Shown piece by piece: positions 23,329-37,308 of a stretch of 64,000 nt of DNA (position 1 is the stretch's first letter; each line of letters opens with the position of its first letter). This stretch comes from Anolis carolinensis (lineage: Eukaryota). A program made the translations under genes and the position numbers. The DNA lies in the NCBI RefSeq assembly GCF_035594765.1, contig NC_085842.1:146209036-146273035 (forward strand). Reading direction: 5' to 3'. Below the pieces are notes generated by a model. That model had not been told where the DNA came from. It was given only the letters and a program-made list of their open reading frames with translations, and did not search any database.

Positions 23329-23999
23329 TGGGTTGCTGTGAGTTTTCCGAGATGTACGGCCATGTTCCAGAAGCATTCTCTCCTGACATTTCACCCACAT
23401 CTATGGCAGGCATTCTCAGAGATTGTGAGGTTCATTGGAAACTAGACAAGTGGGGTTTCTCAATCTGTGGAATGTCCAGGGTAGGAGAAAGAACTCTCAT
23501 CTGTTTGAGGCCAGTGTGAATGTGGCATTTGGCCATCTTGATTAGCACTGAATGGCCTTGTAGCTTCAAAGCCTGGTTGCTTTGCACCTGGAGGATTCCT
23601 TTGTTGGAAGGTGTCAGCTGGCCCTGATTGTTTCTTGTCTGGAATTCCTGTTTTCTGAGTATTGTTCTTTATTTACTGTCCTGATTTTAGAGTTTTTAAA
23701 ATACTGGTAGCCAGATTTTGTTCATTTTCAGGGTTTCCCCAGGCAGGAAGCAGCCAGGCTTGGAAGCTGCAAGGCCATTCAATGCTAATCAAGGTGGCCA
23801 ATTGCGACATTCACACTTGCCTCTAACAGACAAGTTTTTCCTCCCACCCTGGACATTTCACAGATCTATAAACCTCACTTGCCTAGTTCCCAACAAATCT
23901 CACAACCTCTGAGGCAGCCTTCTATAGATGTGGGCAAAACGTCAGGAGAGAATGCTTTTGGAACATGGTCATCCAGCCTGGAAAACTCACAGCAACCCA
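23329..23999. mobile_element. Penelope-like element with inverted ends
   Basis: Begins GGGTTGCTGTGAGTTTTCC and ends GGAAAACTCACAGCAACCC, with long internal inverted homology; a fragment also occurs near 7790-7865. Confidence 0.6.
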
Positions 24000-24354
24000 A
24001 AGCAAGTGGCTGAAGGGGAAAAAGAAGGGGCTTGAGGCTGTTAGGAATGGTGGGAATCGAAGTTCAAAACACCCGGAGGCCCCAAGTTTGCCCATACCTG
24101 ATCTAGAATGGATACAGTTTGACCCTATTTTCACTGCCATGGCTCCCAATGCTAGGAGGTCATTGGATTTGTAGTTTATTGAGTTACCAGAACTCTTTAG
24201 CAGGGTGAAGGCTAAGGATTTTATAAAACCACAACACCCATGAGTCCATAGCACTGAGCCAGGGCAGTTAAAGCCGGGCCAAACAGGGCAGAGGCAGCTT
24301 GTGAATCTCGCCCAAGTGATGTCACTATTCCCAACACAGCAAGAGAAGCACTAG

Positions 24355-24596
24355 TCACAGCGCGCATGCGCGTCTCCAATATTGACAGAAGCCAAGCCGC
24401 ACATCCACTCTAGCTGGCCATCGGCTCAAGGGCCTGCTGCAAAGGCCTAACCCTGCTAAGGAACGGCCTCGTCTCCCATAGCAACGTCCCTGCTCCCTCC
24501 GCCGGACTCCTCCCACCTAGTCCCATTTTACGGCGGCCGTAAAGCGAGCGTCGCAGGCGGAAGTGGCAGTGACACAGGCTTTGCATCGGCCGGAGG
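24355..24596 (+). promoter_or_regulatory. TRAPPC5: TRAPPC5 CpG promoter and non-coding exon 1
   Basis: CpG-dense; NRF1 GCGCATGCGC at about 24362, RFX X-box GTCTCCCATAGCAAC 24471-24485, ETS GCGGAAGTG at about 24557, donor G|GTGAGA at 24597; matching acceptor TTTTCAG at 26020. Confidence 0.7.
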
Positions 24597-25210
24597 GTGA
24601 GAGGAATGGTGGGCGAGGGAGGCTGCTGGGGGAAACGCATGGCGGCTTGGGGCATATCTTTTCTCCCCCATTACCAGCATTTTTGTCTTGTTTAGAGAAG
24701 GGTGTATTCACACTGTAGAATTAGTGCAGTTTGACACCACTTTAACTGCCATTTCTGAGTGCCATGGAATTATAGGAGAGGAAGTTTTAAAATGGCTGTA
24801 CCTCCTCTGCTAAAGGGTCCTGGTGCCTCACCAAACTACAGCGCCCAGGATAGAGTAAAACTAGGTACAGGCAGTTTGGTATCTGCAGATCCATGCTGCT
24901 ACACCTGGTTTCTTTCAATCTAGCAGCAGCCTTTAGGCCCAAGAAATTTGAGAAGAGAACTGAGGTCCCTTCTGCACTACCATATAATCCAGTTCAAAGC
25001 AGTTAATCTGGATTTTATATGGCAGTGTAGATGGGGCCTGTGTTAATCCTAGGGGAAGCACTATAATTGCATACAAAATAGTTTTTTGTTAGTCTTGTGA
25101 TGTTGCAAAAATTGTTCTACATTTATTTGGTGCATTCTCCAGGAAAATACAATATATATAGGTAGATGTCAAATGTATGTGGTAATGTAACAATAACAAT
25201 ATCAAATCTT

Positions 25211-25812
25211 TATTTATACCCTGTCACCATCTCCCCGAAGGAACTCGGGGCGGCTCACAAAAGCACTCCAAGTGCTGCACGTAGACAATAATACATAAGT
25301 ATAAACACAGTGACATAAGTATAAAAACAACGCACATAAAATCCCAATTAATAAAGTTATAAAAATTATAAAATTTCCTAAAATGCAGTAAAACCTGCGA
25401 ATAAAGCTGGCTATCTGCAGTAACAAATCAAAGTGCGAAGTGACATAATCGGTGGGTCGTCAAGCTGACTATAGATTACACACAGTCAAAGGCCTGTCTG
25501 AAGAGCCATGTTTTAAACTCCCCTAAAAGGCTTGAAGACTGGGGAATAATCAAATTTTTTTAGGGAAGGTATTCCAGAGCCGGGGAGCCACCACTGAGAA
25601 GGCCTTCTCGTCCCCACCAGCCATACTTGAGACGGTGGTGGGTCCAAGAGAAGGGCCTCCCTAGCAGATCTCGATGCCCACGCTGGCTCATAGAAGGAGA
25701 TGTGATCTTGAAGATAGGTTGGACCTGAAGCGTATAGGACTTTATAGGTAATCATCTGCACTTTGAATTGGGCCAGAAAACTTGTCGGAAGCCAATGGAG
25801 CTGCTTTAATGT
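25211..25812 (-). mobile_element. L2 LINE 3' fragment
   Basis: ITYKVLYASGPTYLQDHISFYEP...RSAREALL followed by a SINE-like AATAAA tail. Confidence 0.75.
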
Positions 25813-26024
25813 AGGCTTGGAGATGATGACTAACTGATTCTGTGGTGGAGATTGGGTCCAAAGCTGGCTCTACGTGGTTTAGTAATCACCCGTTACCTTA
25901 CATTAGCTTGCTTATTTGACTTTTGTATAAATAACATTTATGAATTGCTATGCATTCAGAAAAAAGGTTACATTGGCTCAGCAAGGTGTTAACCATACCA
26001 ATAACTTCTTTTATTTTCAGCACC

Positions 26025-26591
26025 ATGGATGCACGTTTTACCCGTGGAAAGTCTGCTATCCTTGAGCGGTCACTAACTCGACCCAAGACAGACATCAGCC
26101 TCAGTGCCTTTTCACTGCTGTTTTCTGAGATTGTGCAGTACTGCCAGAACAGGGTCTACTCTGTTTCAGAGCTGCAGAACAAACTTTCTGAACTGGGTCA
26201 GCAGGTGGGAGCCCGTATCTTGGATGTGCTTGTGATGCGGGAGAAGAATGGCAAGAGGGAGACCAAAGTCATTAACATACTGCTCTTCATCAAGGTGACT
26301 GTGTGGAAGGCTCTTTTTGGGAAGGAGGCTGACAAGCTGGAACAAGCCAATGATGACGATAAGACCTACTACATCATCGAGAAGGAGCCTCTCATCAACA
26401 CTTACATCTCAGTTCCCAAGGAGAATAGCACTCTGAACTGTGCCTCCTTCACAGCTGGCATTGTGGAGGCCATGCTGACTTGCAGTGGCTTCCCTGCCAA
26501 AGTCACAGCCCATTGGCACAAGGGCACCACCCTCATGATCAAATTTGATGAGTCAGTTATTGCCCGAGACAAAGCTCTGGATGGCCGCTGA
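26025..26591 (+). CDS. TRAPPC5: Trafficking protein particle complex subunit 5 (188 aa, single coding exon)
   Basis: MDARFTRGKSAILERSLTRPKTDISLSAFSLLFSEIVQYCQNRVYSVSELQ...FPAKVTAHWHKGTTLMIKFDESVIARDKALDGR; Kozak CACCATGG just after the splice acceptor at 26020. Confidence 0.98.
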   Translation: MDARFTRGKSAILERSLTRPKTDISLSAFSLLFSEIVQYCQNRVYSVSELQNKLSELGQQVGARILDVLVMREKNGKRETKVINILLFIKVTVWKALFGKEADKLEQANDDDKTYYIIEKEPLINTYISVPKENSTLNCASFTAGIVEAMLTCSGFPAKVTAHWHKGTTLMIKFDESVIARDKALDGR

Positions 26592-27284
26592 CTCCATCCA
26601 ATGTGAAGCAATCTGAAATGTTGTATATATGTACTTATTATTCAAAAATAATACCCCTAGCTATGTTTGGACAGTATACAGTCTAAGCAACAAGGTCCAG
26701 AGTGAAGCCTTGTGTCCCATTCACTAATGCTGACAGTGAATGTTTATACAGTGTTTATTTAGAACCACTTCTGTTTTTTACTCTTGTTAGAAATTTAGGA
26801 TTTAATAGGAAATGGGATTGCTTCCCTTACCAAGAGTTATGTTACCTGTTAAGAAGGGCTAAGCTATGTACGATCAGACGTCAGGCTTTCTTTGCTGCTG
26901 CTTCCTTGCACATTATTATTGTTACCCCACAACCCGTTATTAGAAAATATTAACAAAGGTAAATGTTTCTGGAATGAACTGCAAAACCTTTCTCGATTCT
27001 GTTGCTTCTTACCTAGTCCTGTCAGTTATAATTTTTACTTGCTACTTACTTGCCCCTTTGGCTGCAGGAATGAGCTGAAGGCAGCATGGCAAAACAAGTT
27101 CTATAAGGCTGGTCCGAGCTGTACATACACATTTTCTGTTAAACTAGTCATCGAAACAATCTAGATTTTTAATTGGTTTGTTTAGCAGTTGAGGAGCTGT
27201 TTAAGTTGTTGTGCCCAATTTGCACTTTTGACAGCACAGAAATCGGAAAAAGACATCTGGTATGTGAAGCTCAGCATGGATTAT

Positions 27285-27290
27285 AATAAA
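27285..27290 (+). terminator. Probable TRAPPC5 polyadenylation signal
   Basis: AATAAA about 700 nt after the stop, followed by T-rich sequence. Confidence 0.5.
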
Positions 27291-29309
27291 ACTTTATTTG
27301 TAGACTGTTCTATCTTCCCGAATTAACTTCCCGTATTTCTTCTCAAAGCTGTGAAGGAGAAAGGTGGCATAGGGCGTGGTGTTTTGCTTAGACTGTTATC
27401 TGCTCATGCCACTTATAGTAAATTGGCCTTCCGTAATCTGATTTATTCCAGATAACTGGCACACATGTACAGGGAGGTAAAGAATTTCAGAATAAAATAT
27501 CCCAAGGGACATACCTAGATTGGGGAGAACTGTTCTCAACCATGATTTGGTATAATAATTATAATAACCTTCCTAATTTGTTGTAAGGTATTCTGCAGCA
27601 CTTTTAAAAACTAGTTTGATATTATCTCACTAACTAAAGGTTCTACATGTCTTGAAGAATTGACTTACTGAGTAAAAGTGCTATAAAATGTGTCCTTACT
27701 GATTTTTCCAATGTCTTCCTCTTTGAGCTTGACTTCATTGGTTAGTGAAGCGAACTAAGTCATTCTTGTACTGTACACAACAGATTACTTGTGGTTCTGA
27801 AGGGCACTATTTTTCAGAATGTTGTACTGAATCATATGAGATATATATGTGTGTGTGTGTGTGTAAGTTCACTGAACAGATGAAAATGAAGTTGTGTTTA
27901 GTAATGTTCTTTGAAAATGAACCTTTTCTGTTCTCAGTACAGTTCATTAATTGAGACGTTTAGCATTCATTTACTTAATACAAGAGAGTTCATTTCAAAA
28001 GTCATTAAATTAAGTTTTTTGCTAGGTTCTGTATGCCTTAGTGGCCCTGTTTCTAATTGAGGTTTTGTAGTTTCTGTTCTGTTTGTAAATTCTGTCATGG
28101 TCTTTCTGTCTAAATGGGTAGTAATTGGATCTCAGCAAATCAGATTTTCCAAATGAATTACTAGAGGCCAGGAAAAGTTAGATGTGAAAACATCAGGAGG
28201 GAACAGTTTGCTAGCTCCACTCCAAATCCAGCGAAATTGATCTCCTCTTCAAATGTTTTGATTTCTTCCCATAGACTTTCATTCTGGTTGGAAAGGAATA
28301 AAGTTGATTTGAGATCTTGATCGTATTTATGCCATCCTTCTCTTCTCCTTTTAACCATACCACATGGAGGCATACAAACTCTGTCCTTTTAATGTTTTAA
28401 AAATGAATTCAAGTGAGGTAGTGGCAAATATGGTTCACTTTATAAAGAATTCTGTATATGGCATTGAACAAATATTTGGAGGATGCAACAAGACTTTTGT
28501 CTTAGCTTGGTTAGCATTGTGTCACAGCATAACTCTTTCTGAAAAAAGAAAGCTTAGTTGATTTAAAAAAAAGTTTGTGAAGTGTTGGCACTCTTCCAAA
28601 TTCTACAGAGAAGTCAGTTCCCCCCAAGAGTTTTGTTCAGTAAATATCAGACTTCTGTACATGCATGGAAATCAGCCTATCTTGTGGTGAAGTGATAATC
28701 TCCTTCCTGTCCTGTGGGGGAGGAAGGAGGGGATAAGCCCTGATGTTTTGCTCCTACTGTTATCTGAGCAAAAATAACTGTACAGAAAATAACTATATAT
28801 AGTTATCAAAATAACTATGCACAGAAAAAAGCATATTTTAATACAAGTAATACAATATGCTATTTTCTGAGCATAGGTATTTTGGAGTTGAGCTTTGTTC
28901 ACATTTGTTTCCTGTAAGTGCCAGGTAGGTGTGATAACAGAACTGTTGAGATAGATTTCCTCAACACGAAAGGATTAGGAGGTGGAATCCAATAAATAAT
29001 GTGTAAGAATGAAAAGCTCTCCAGTTCTTTAGAAAATATTCCATTAGACATACTTCGATTAAACATCCATTGTGCTTCTGAGAAAAGGTTTAGTACTTGA
29101 AAACAGGCACCAAAGTAGAATGTATGCATGTCACTTTTACAATTAATGCAGGAGTGCATAAATTTCAATTTTCTCCCTTAAATATATTAAGTTTTTGAAT
29201 ATTTATAATTGCTGGAAAAATAAATGCTTTTCTGTTTTATAACAAATGCATTTGTTTTAAAAAAAACCCTTCAGATTAGCAGAGATCTGGTTTCACAACT
29301 CTACATATT

Positions 29310-29455
29310 GCAGTTACGCAATATGTGGGTTGTATTTTCATACTTCCGGTGTTTCATGCTGATCATATCCTTGTTCATCTACTGTTTCTGAGAAGACTGG
29401 GACTTCCTGGAAATGGCTAATACAAGTTTTTCACAGTTGCCATGCAAGATCTGGT
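29310..29455 (+). promoter_or_regulatory. Candidate promoter/enhancer of lectin B
   Basis: C/EBP TTACGCAAT 29314-29322, ETS ACTTCCGGT 29342-29350 and STAT/GAS TTCCTGGAA 29404-29412; a strong acceptor at 30791 implies an upstream UTR exon. Confidence 0.4.
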
Positions 29456-30881
29456 ATATGACTTGGGGTGCATCTACATTGTAGAATTAATGCAGTTTAT
29501 CACTACTTAGGCTCCTTCCACACTGCCCTATATCCCAGTATCTGATTCCAGATTATCATATTAGCCCAGATTATTTGGCAGTGGAGACTCATATAATCCC
29601 GTATAAAGCAGATAATCTTGGATCAGATCCTGGGATATAGGACAGTGTAGAAGGGACCTTAATTGTTAAGTCTTGATGCTATGTAATCCTGGGATTTATA
29701 ACTTGGTAAGACACCAGCATACTTTGGCAGAGGAGGCTAAATACCTTGTAAAACTACAAGTCCAATGGTTCCATAGCATTGAGGTGAAAGTGATGTCAAA
29801 CTGCATTAATTCTACAGTGTAAATGCATCTTCTCCAAAAGAAAGAATGGTGTGCTGAAGACAAGTGCTTAGTTATGAAGTGTTCCCAGACAAAAGAAAAA
29901 GAACAAGTTGAGGCAGTGAGGGAAGCAGGAAGGCTCTATGGACAAGTGATCTATCTGCTTGTACATTATTTCTTTTGCTTTTGGTTGGGGGATAGTTGTG
30001 TGAGGGTTTTTGATATGTGTAAAACATGCCATACATCAACACAAGGGTGCATAAGCACACATGGTTTTCTGGGAAACCAGTCCAAAAAATTGCTAAGGTG
30101 CAAATCTAGAGATTCTTCTTTAGGATGGTGTAGTTAAATACATTGTTTTTCCCACTGCCTTGCTGAATGTTTACACTCCCAACATCTTATGTCTCCATTC
30201 TTAATCTAAATTTTCTACTCTAGCCTACTTCTGTTCCTAAACTCATTTGGCATCTGAAACTTGAGTGTATCCCACATATCCCTCTGACTGTTCAATGACG
30301 TTTTGATAGGACAGGTAGAGATACAGGTAAAGATAAAACAAGTTGAGCTTACTCAGAGGTGACTGGGCAGAGAACTTAGCTCCTAGTTACCTCCTATTAG
30401 GTTGAAACTAACTCAAAATGCTTGGGGGTTCATCAGAACAATAAGCCAATTGCAAGATGGTGGCTTTCTCAGAATTTGCGATGGCACAAACTGGCCTTTT
30501 AGTGCAACTGGGCATTTCCACAAGCAAGCTCCATTGAACCCTAAGATCAAACTGCATGTGAGAAATATCCAACAGAAAATTGAAAAATCAAAAATGTTAA
30601 TGTTTTGATATGTGTGTCTGACATTCGTGTTAGTTACCAGTAAAAATTGTTCTTGTGTTTCCAACTGTGGTGGCTGTATTGCTACAGCTCAAACCAATAC
30701 TGGCTCCCTATTACTTAGGAACAAATTGAAGGAGCTGCAGTCTCCCATGTCTTTTACATACTAAACGAAACTAACTTCTGTGCTTTATCAGATAGAAAGG
30801 AAACTGATTATGATAGGAAACCCAGGCATCGGACCCCATCCTTCCCAAGAACGGCTACTACTGATATAGCCTCATACCGCC

Positions 30882-33800
30882 ATGGATGATGCCTACCAGA
30901 ATGAAGATTACCATAACAGCAGCATTTTAGCAAAATTGTCTCAGACTCAAGAAGTGCAGTCTGGACCCGAACATGCAAGAATAGTTGATGGGGAAGACGA
31001 GGAGACATTCTCAAAGGGCCGCTCTAGTTCTAGGCATGTTGATGCCAAAGACAGAAAAAGAACTTACTTAGGTAAGTGTTCTGGCCAGATGGGAAGTCTT
31101 ATGCCTAACTCGACCCCCCATAAGTTCAAATCCAAGAGTAATGCAGGCTTCATATTTTTTTATTACATTCTCCCCACATTCATACAGACATAAGGCTGGT
31201 CTTTAAAATGTATGCACTTTAAGGGTTCAAGTTGGGGGGTGAGACTTAAATGGAAAACTATGCATAACTTAAAGTACCTTAATAGAAATTATTCAAAATG
31301 GTTCTTATTTTAGTTGCCTTTTTATTAATTTTTATTTCATTTTATTGGATATTTACTCTAATGTTCTCCCAGATAGGATTTGGGGACCTCTGTCTTATTT
31401 GGGGGTACATTATAGCAAAGGGGGTGACAACCTATACAATCAACAAGTATCAGTTCTGTTTACATAACATTTGCACCTTCAGTGTTGCATGTCATGTGTA
31501 TATCAAGTGGTAACAATGCTAATTAACTAAATTTTACTTCCAGGTTGTTACTCAACAAAAATAAAGTTGATATCTCTACAAAGTATATAGATAGCCAACT
31601 AATTATCAGCAGACAAGTGAATGCATCCCAGGACTAGCCAACTAATAATCGCCCACTATTGTATTAGTACTTTTACAGCTTCTTGAAAAGAAGTGTACAG
31701 CAGAATCAAAATTGCTTCCTGGCAATTGTTTCACGTCCTGTGTTGTTTCATGAATGGAAAGTTCATAAATAGGAAAGAATTTGACAGCTTCTAAGTACAA
31801 TGAGCCCTTGGTATCTCCTGGGGTTTGGTTCTAGGAACCTGTATGGATACAAAAATCCATGGATGTTTAAGTCCTGTTATATACATTGTCTTAGTAAAAT
31901 AATATTCTTTATATATAGTGGCCAAATGAAGGCTTGCTTTTTTTTTTTTTTAATTCCAAGCTATGGATGATTGAATCTGTGGATGCAAAATCTGTGAATA
32001 TGGAGGGCCAACTGTAAATTATTAGAAGATCTTCCTGTGCATGTGTGTGTCATACATATTCTAGATGCAGATTTAATAGTTTTCTTATGTGAACATGCTT
32101 TCTTTGGTGTAGAAATAGCACAATATGTGAAGTGATGTGAACTGTGGTGGGAGAATCCAGTTCTGACACGTTGGGAAGTTTATTAACCTTTCTCTGGATC
32201 AAGGCTTTCCAACTGGAGGGTCACTGACTGGCAGCCCCAGAGAACAAACGATCCCATAGAAATGACATTTCTGTCCCTAGATTCAGTGACTTCAAGCCAA
32301 GTTTATGAGAACGCTTCTGAACTGGAATATGGGTCCTTCTCATTTTCGGGCCTGCGGATGAGGAAGCTGATGGAAGATGGAGTGAAAACTGAGTCATGTG
32401 AAAAATTTACTGCACCTCTACAAATGATATTTGTTATGTCTAAAATGCTTTGGAAAGCAAGTGGGTTCTTCTAAAACAGTATGTCATATAAGAAACTGAC
32501 ATTGTAGGATAGTCCAACAATAAATCATTAAAATTATTCAGGGAATCATGTGGATCATTTGATGGCTATATGTTTTGGTTTCGTGCAGACAGCGATAATC
32601 TTTAGTGTATGTCATCTGTTCGTCATCACCACTTTATAAACTAAATAGAATCTGGGCAAAGCTGCAAAGCATATGACAGGTAAGAAGGCTCTCGTAGTAC
32701 AGAGTGGTGACATGATATACATTGTTTAAAATAAACCATTATTTATAAATTACAAGATTTTGTATAGACACTAAGAAAGTTCAAACAAACAAGGAAACAA
32801 ATGAAAATATAAGTCCAGAAGCATATTAGGGCACCATGCTGTCTTTAAATAGTTGTGGAAGCAGTGGTATTTTCTCAGAGGTTCTGAGGCTATGGTCCCC
32901 AATGCAGCCAATAATTTCACAAGATCACATACAGCTCCACTCTTTGACTAGCCAGATGAGAAGTGAACTAACTGATTGTTGTCCAATGGAGTAATGGCCT
33001 AAGTTTTGCTTTGGTTTTTGGGATGTGCAGGGGTCAGAATATTTGAGCCTTGAATCACATGGCTTAATAAAAGGAAGGGCAATTCTGTGACACCTACATA
33101 TTTTCAAGTCGTACATTTTATGTCCCCACTCTTTAATTGACAGTGTGGTATTTCTGTCAATAGCAAAGCACAAAACAAACTTTTCTCCTTAGCACCCACC
33201 TCATTTAACTAAAGGTGAGTTTACCTCCTAGAGAGTAAGAAAACTGGGCAAAATAAGTAAGTAAGTAAAACTTTATTTCTATCCCGCCCTATTTCTCCAT
33301 GGGGACTCAGGGTGGTTCACAACATAAAAGGCAAAAATACAATACCGTATTGTAGAACAATAGACTAAAACGATTCAAAATAAACATAACTAAGCATTCA
33401 ACAATAAAGCAAATCATATGAAAACAACAATAATAAATTACACAATGTTAATAAAACAAAGTTAAAAGCCATGTCTGAATTCCATTCTGAGGAATTTGCA
33501 ACAGTTGTAATTATGTTTTGCATTGAATAAAAAATGTCTTTGAGAGCCAATCACCATTGGAAGGAGCAATATTAATAAAGATTTTTTCTTGATTTTGTCT
33601 TCTGCATATGCTCTGGAATTAATTTCTCTTTGTACTTTAAGACTTCAGGATATTGATCGCTCAAGTCTAAATCAATCATACAATCCAAAAGAATCTGGGA
33701 GTCATGGTGGTTGTGCTTTCCTCAAACTACACTTTCTTACCCTTAGTGGTGGAGGAAGCGCCCCACTTTGGGAGTAATATAAGCGGTGCCTGCCCTACAT

Positions 33801-36800
33801 GCAACAAAAAGGCAAAACAGGGCAAAAATGCCCCATGTGAATAGGTGGTGAGTTGCAGTAGCATTAAAGACAGCCAACGGCAAAACAGTGAGCAGTAGAC
33901 ATTAGAAGCTTCAGCCTGGATTTCTAGAGTTTCTGCTTAGGGATAGGCAACACCAAAACATGTTTGTTATTGGGTTTTTTACCAGATTTTTTACTGCCCT
34001 TCTAGACAGTCGCTATATCCAGGATCTGATCCCAAGTTTTCTGTTTATCTGGTAGTGTGGACCCATATAATTCAGGTTAGAGTAGAAAACCTGGGATCAG
34101 ATCCTGGCATATGGGGCCTGTCTGTAAAGGCCCTAAGAGAGCAGCATGTTTTCTCCTAAGGATGTAGAATACCTCAGGATGTCAGATTCTGTATTTCAAA
34201 TTATCTGTACACAGATATGTCTTTTTATCCATATAGGAACATTAGAAAGATAAAATCTGACATCCTGAAGGTAGTACATTTTTTAAAAAGTCCAGCTGCA
34301 TTACTACAAAGGCAATGCTTACTTCATTTGGTCAGTGGAACCCTAGAGGCAATTAGTTATCTTTCATTTGTCCTTAACCTATAACATGTATATGGGTGAC
34401 TGGAACTTACTGCCCCAGTAATCCATGACCAACCAAGGGTTTCCTCTCTTGCTCATACAGATAAATGTGTAATTTATTAGCCTTCTAGAATTCTCTGTGA
34501 ATTTGCAGTGTAAAATCTCAGACCTTCCTGTGACTTCCAGAATTATTCTTATTAACAGCACCAGTTTTATTCCTGGATGAAATGGAGGGAAGAGCCTTTG
34601 GCAAGAGACACTTCATCATCTTCTGTGTCACTCTGTTTTGCTCCCTGATATTGGTGATAACAGCTCTTCTGATGGCAAGCTTGCGGTGTAAGTCCAGTTC
34701 CCAAGCTCAAACCTTCCTGGACACTATTTCTATGTATTTGAAAGCATGAGCTAAGGCTGTTCTTAATCCCCATCCCCACTCCTCCATTCCCTCACTCGCA
34801 TTCACAACTGATGCCAGATAGGTGGAGTATCCCTCATCTAGAATGCTTGGGACCAGAAGTGTTTTGGATTTTTCTGAATTTTGAAATACCTGTATTTACA
34901 TATATCTACATAATGAGGTTTCTTGGAGATGGAATCCAAGTCTAGACATAAAATATGTTGATGTAGCATACACACTTTATGCACATAGTATGATAGTGAT
35001 TTAATCCAATAGTTTAAATAACTATGTTAATGAAACAGTTTGTGTACATTGAACCATTAGAAAGTAAAGGCTTCATTATCCCATGTACCCATGTAGACAA
35101 TTTTGGATTTTGAGGCATTTGGGGTTTTGTAATCTGGATAAGTGATGCTGAACTTATATTAATGTAGCAATGAGGTTCTGTAACAAAATAAAATGGGCAA
35201 ATTGTGAAGAAATCAGATGACAAAAGGATATCAATTGCATTCACTGACATGGCTGTAAATGGACTGCTTTCAGTTCAGTCACCTTACAGGGTGGTTTTAT
35301 ACAGCCACTTAAACCGAGTTAGGAAGTGAATTAAAAGGAACCAGTTTCACTGTGAAGCGCCTGCTCAATCATCCCAAGAACCTGAGATGGTGTCCACAAA
35401 TATTCAATGATTGTGGATTGATCCAAACCCAGGAATGATTTTTTACCTAGTCCTCCGGAATACATTGATATGCATTGCCATGATCATTGGGGATCAGCAC
35501 TAGACCAAGGCATAGGGGAGAGAAAAGGGCAGAAAGCGAGAGTTACCATGGAAGCTAAATGGTTTCTTTTCTGCAGGTGTTTACCTTCCAGTCAGCTATA
35601 TTTCTGGGTTTGTAAAATGTGTCAGTACTGGCTCTACTTTAATGGGGCTCCACATTTTTAAAACTCAGATTTGAGCTCTGTGTGGGACATACACCGATTG
35701 GCTTCAGTGGATTTTGTGGCCTGTTCTAGAATTTGCAGTGGGTTTTTAATACTCTGTTTCTGGCTTGATGCATGCTGCAGTGCACATTATACAGGCATTA
35801 TAGTGCCTGTATAGAAGCACTGACAGAAAATTGGAGAAAACGAAATGTGTATTTTCCCTTCTTTTGAACCATGTACAAAGAAAGATGGGAGGGTAAAGAG
35901 GACTTGAAGATAGGCAGAAAGGAAATTGACTACTTAGTTGGTCTTCTATTTCCCCAGTTGTTTCTTATGCTCCTTTTTCCATGGAGGAGGCAGAAATGCT
36001 TGTAACCCCATAGGATATCCCCCACCACCACTCTGTGCTGAATTGTGTAAGAATTAACTGAATATAAATGTGGAAATGCCCTCCTTTCCTTTAACATAGT
36101 GATCCATTTTCTGGACTTCCAGAAGGGAGTCAGGTGCTACAGACCTTTAGCATATCCCCAAAATCATTGTTTGAATTTGCTCTGAAATGAACCTGAATGA
36201 TACAGATGACTTTGGATGCCTATGTAGTTCTTGCTAGAAAAGGGAAAGCTGTTGTGTGAATATAATGCATAGTACAATATTCATAAGACCAAAGAGTCAT
36301 GTTTGTTCACCATTAGCTCCGTATTCATCAGTGGTGGTATCTAATGGCCAGGAGAAAATGTGCCGGGATGTTTAGGATATACTTTCTTTGGCCTGCCTTT
36401 TTTCAAGGATCAATTCATTGCAGGCATTCCCAAATGTCCATCTGGGTGGCAGAATGTCGGAAAGACTTGTTATCTCATCTGCTCAGAAGCAAAGAAATGG
36501 GAAGATGGCAGAGATGATTGCCAAAACCAAGGAGCAGATCTGATAATAATTGGAGATAAACAGGAACAGGTGAGCCTATTGTGTTCCAACTTGTATAAGA
36601 AATTGATATGCTGAGAACAGGGCACAGAAGGATGTCTGCACTTGCTGTTCTTGCACACAAACTCAAGAGTGAGTGAGACATCTGAGTAGATATAAAGCTA
36701 TCTTTTCATCAAAGCTTTATTACAATTGGATCCCAAAATGTTTGAAGATGTGTCATTTTGTATATTTTGGAGAATATGCTTGAATTGTGGCAATCTAATA

Positions 36801-37248
36801 TTACCTGCAGCAAACACAGCTAAATTTCATGTCACCAAAGTGTTAACATGTAAGCTTCGGGGTAACATCATACAGGACTTGGAAAGAAAGACAAGAGACA
36901 ACACCAATCCAATCAGAAACCTCTATGTGAGAAAATGTGAATGTTTCCATATCCTTTAAAGGTTTTTTTTTCCATGTCAGGAGTGACTTGAGAAACTGCA
37001 AGTCACTTCTGGTGTGAGAAAATTGGCTGTCTGCAAGGACGTTGCCCAGGGGGCAACCGGATGTTTGATGTTTCAACATCCTTGTGGTAGGCTTCTCTCA
37101 TGTCCCTGCATAGGGGGCTGGAGCTGACAGTGGAAGCTCACCCGCTCTTCCTGGATTCAAACTGCCAACTTGTCAGTCAGGAGTCCTGCCGGTACAAGGG
37201 TTTAACTCATTCCTCCACCAGGCGCCTTTAAAAGTGAGAGCTTATGTA

Positions 37249-37308
<60 letters not shown>

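Noticed and set aside
25950-26024. 25-aa N-terminal extension of TRAPPC5 in the ORF track
   Set aside because: It lies upstream of a strong acceptor at 26020; the conserved protein starts at the Kozak ATG 26025.
26025-26591. Intronless TRAPPC5 as a retrocopy
   Set aside because: A single coding exon is normal for vertebrate TRAPPC5, and a promoter, UTR exon and intron are present.
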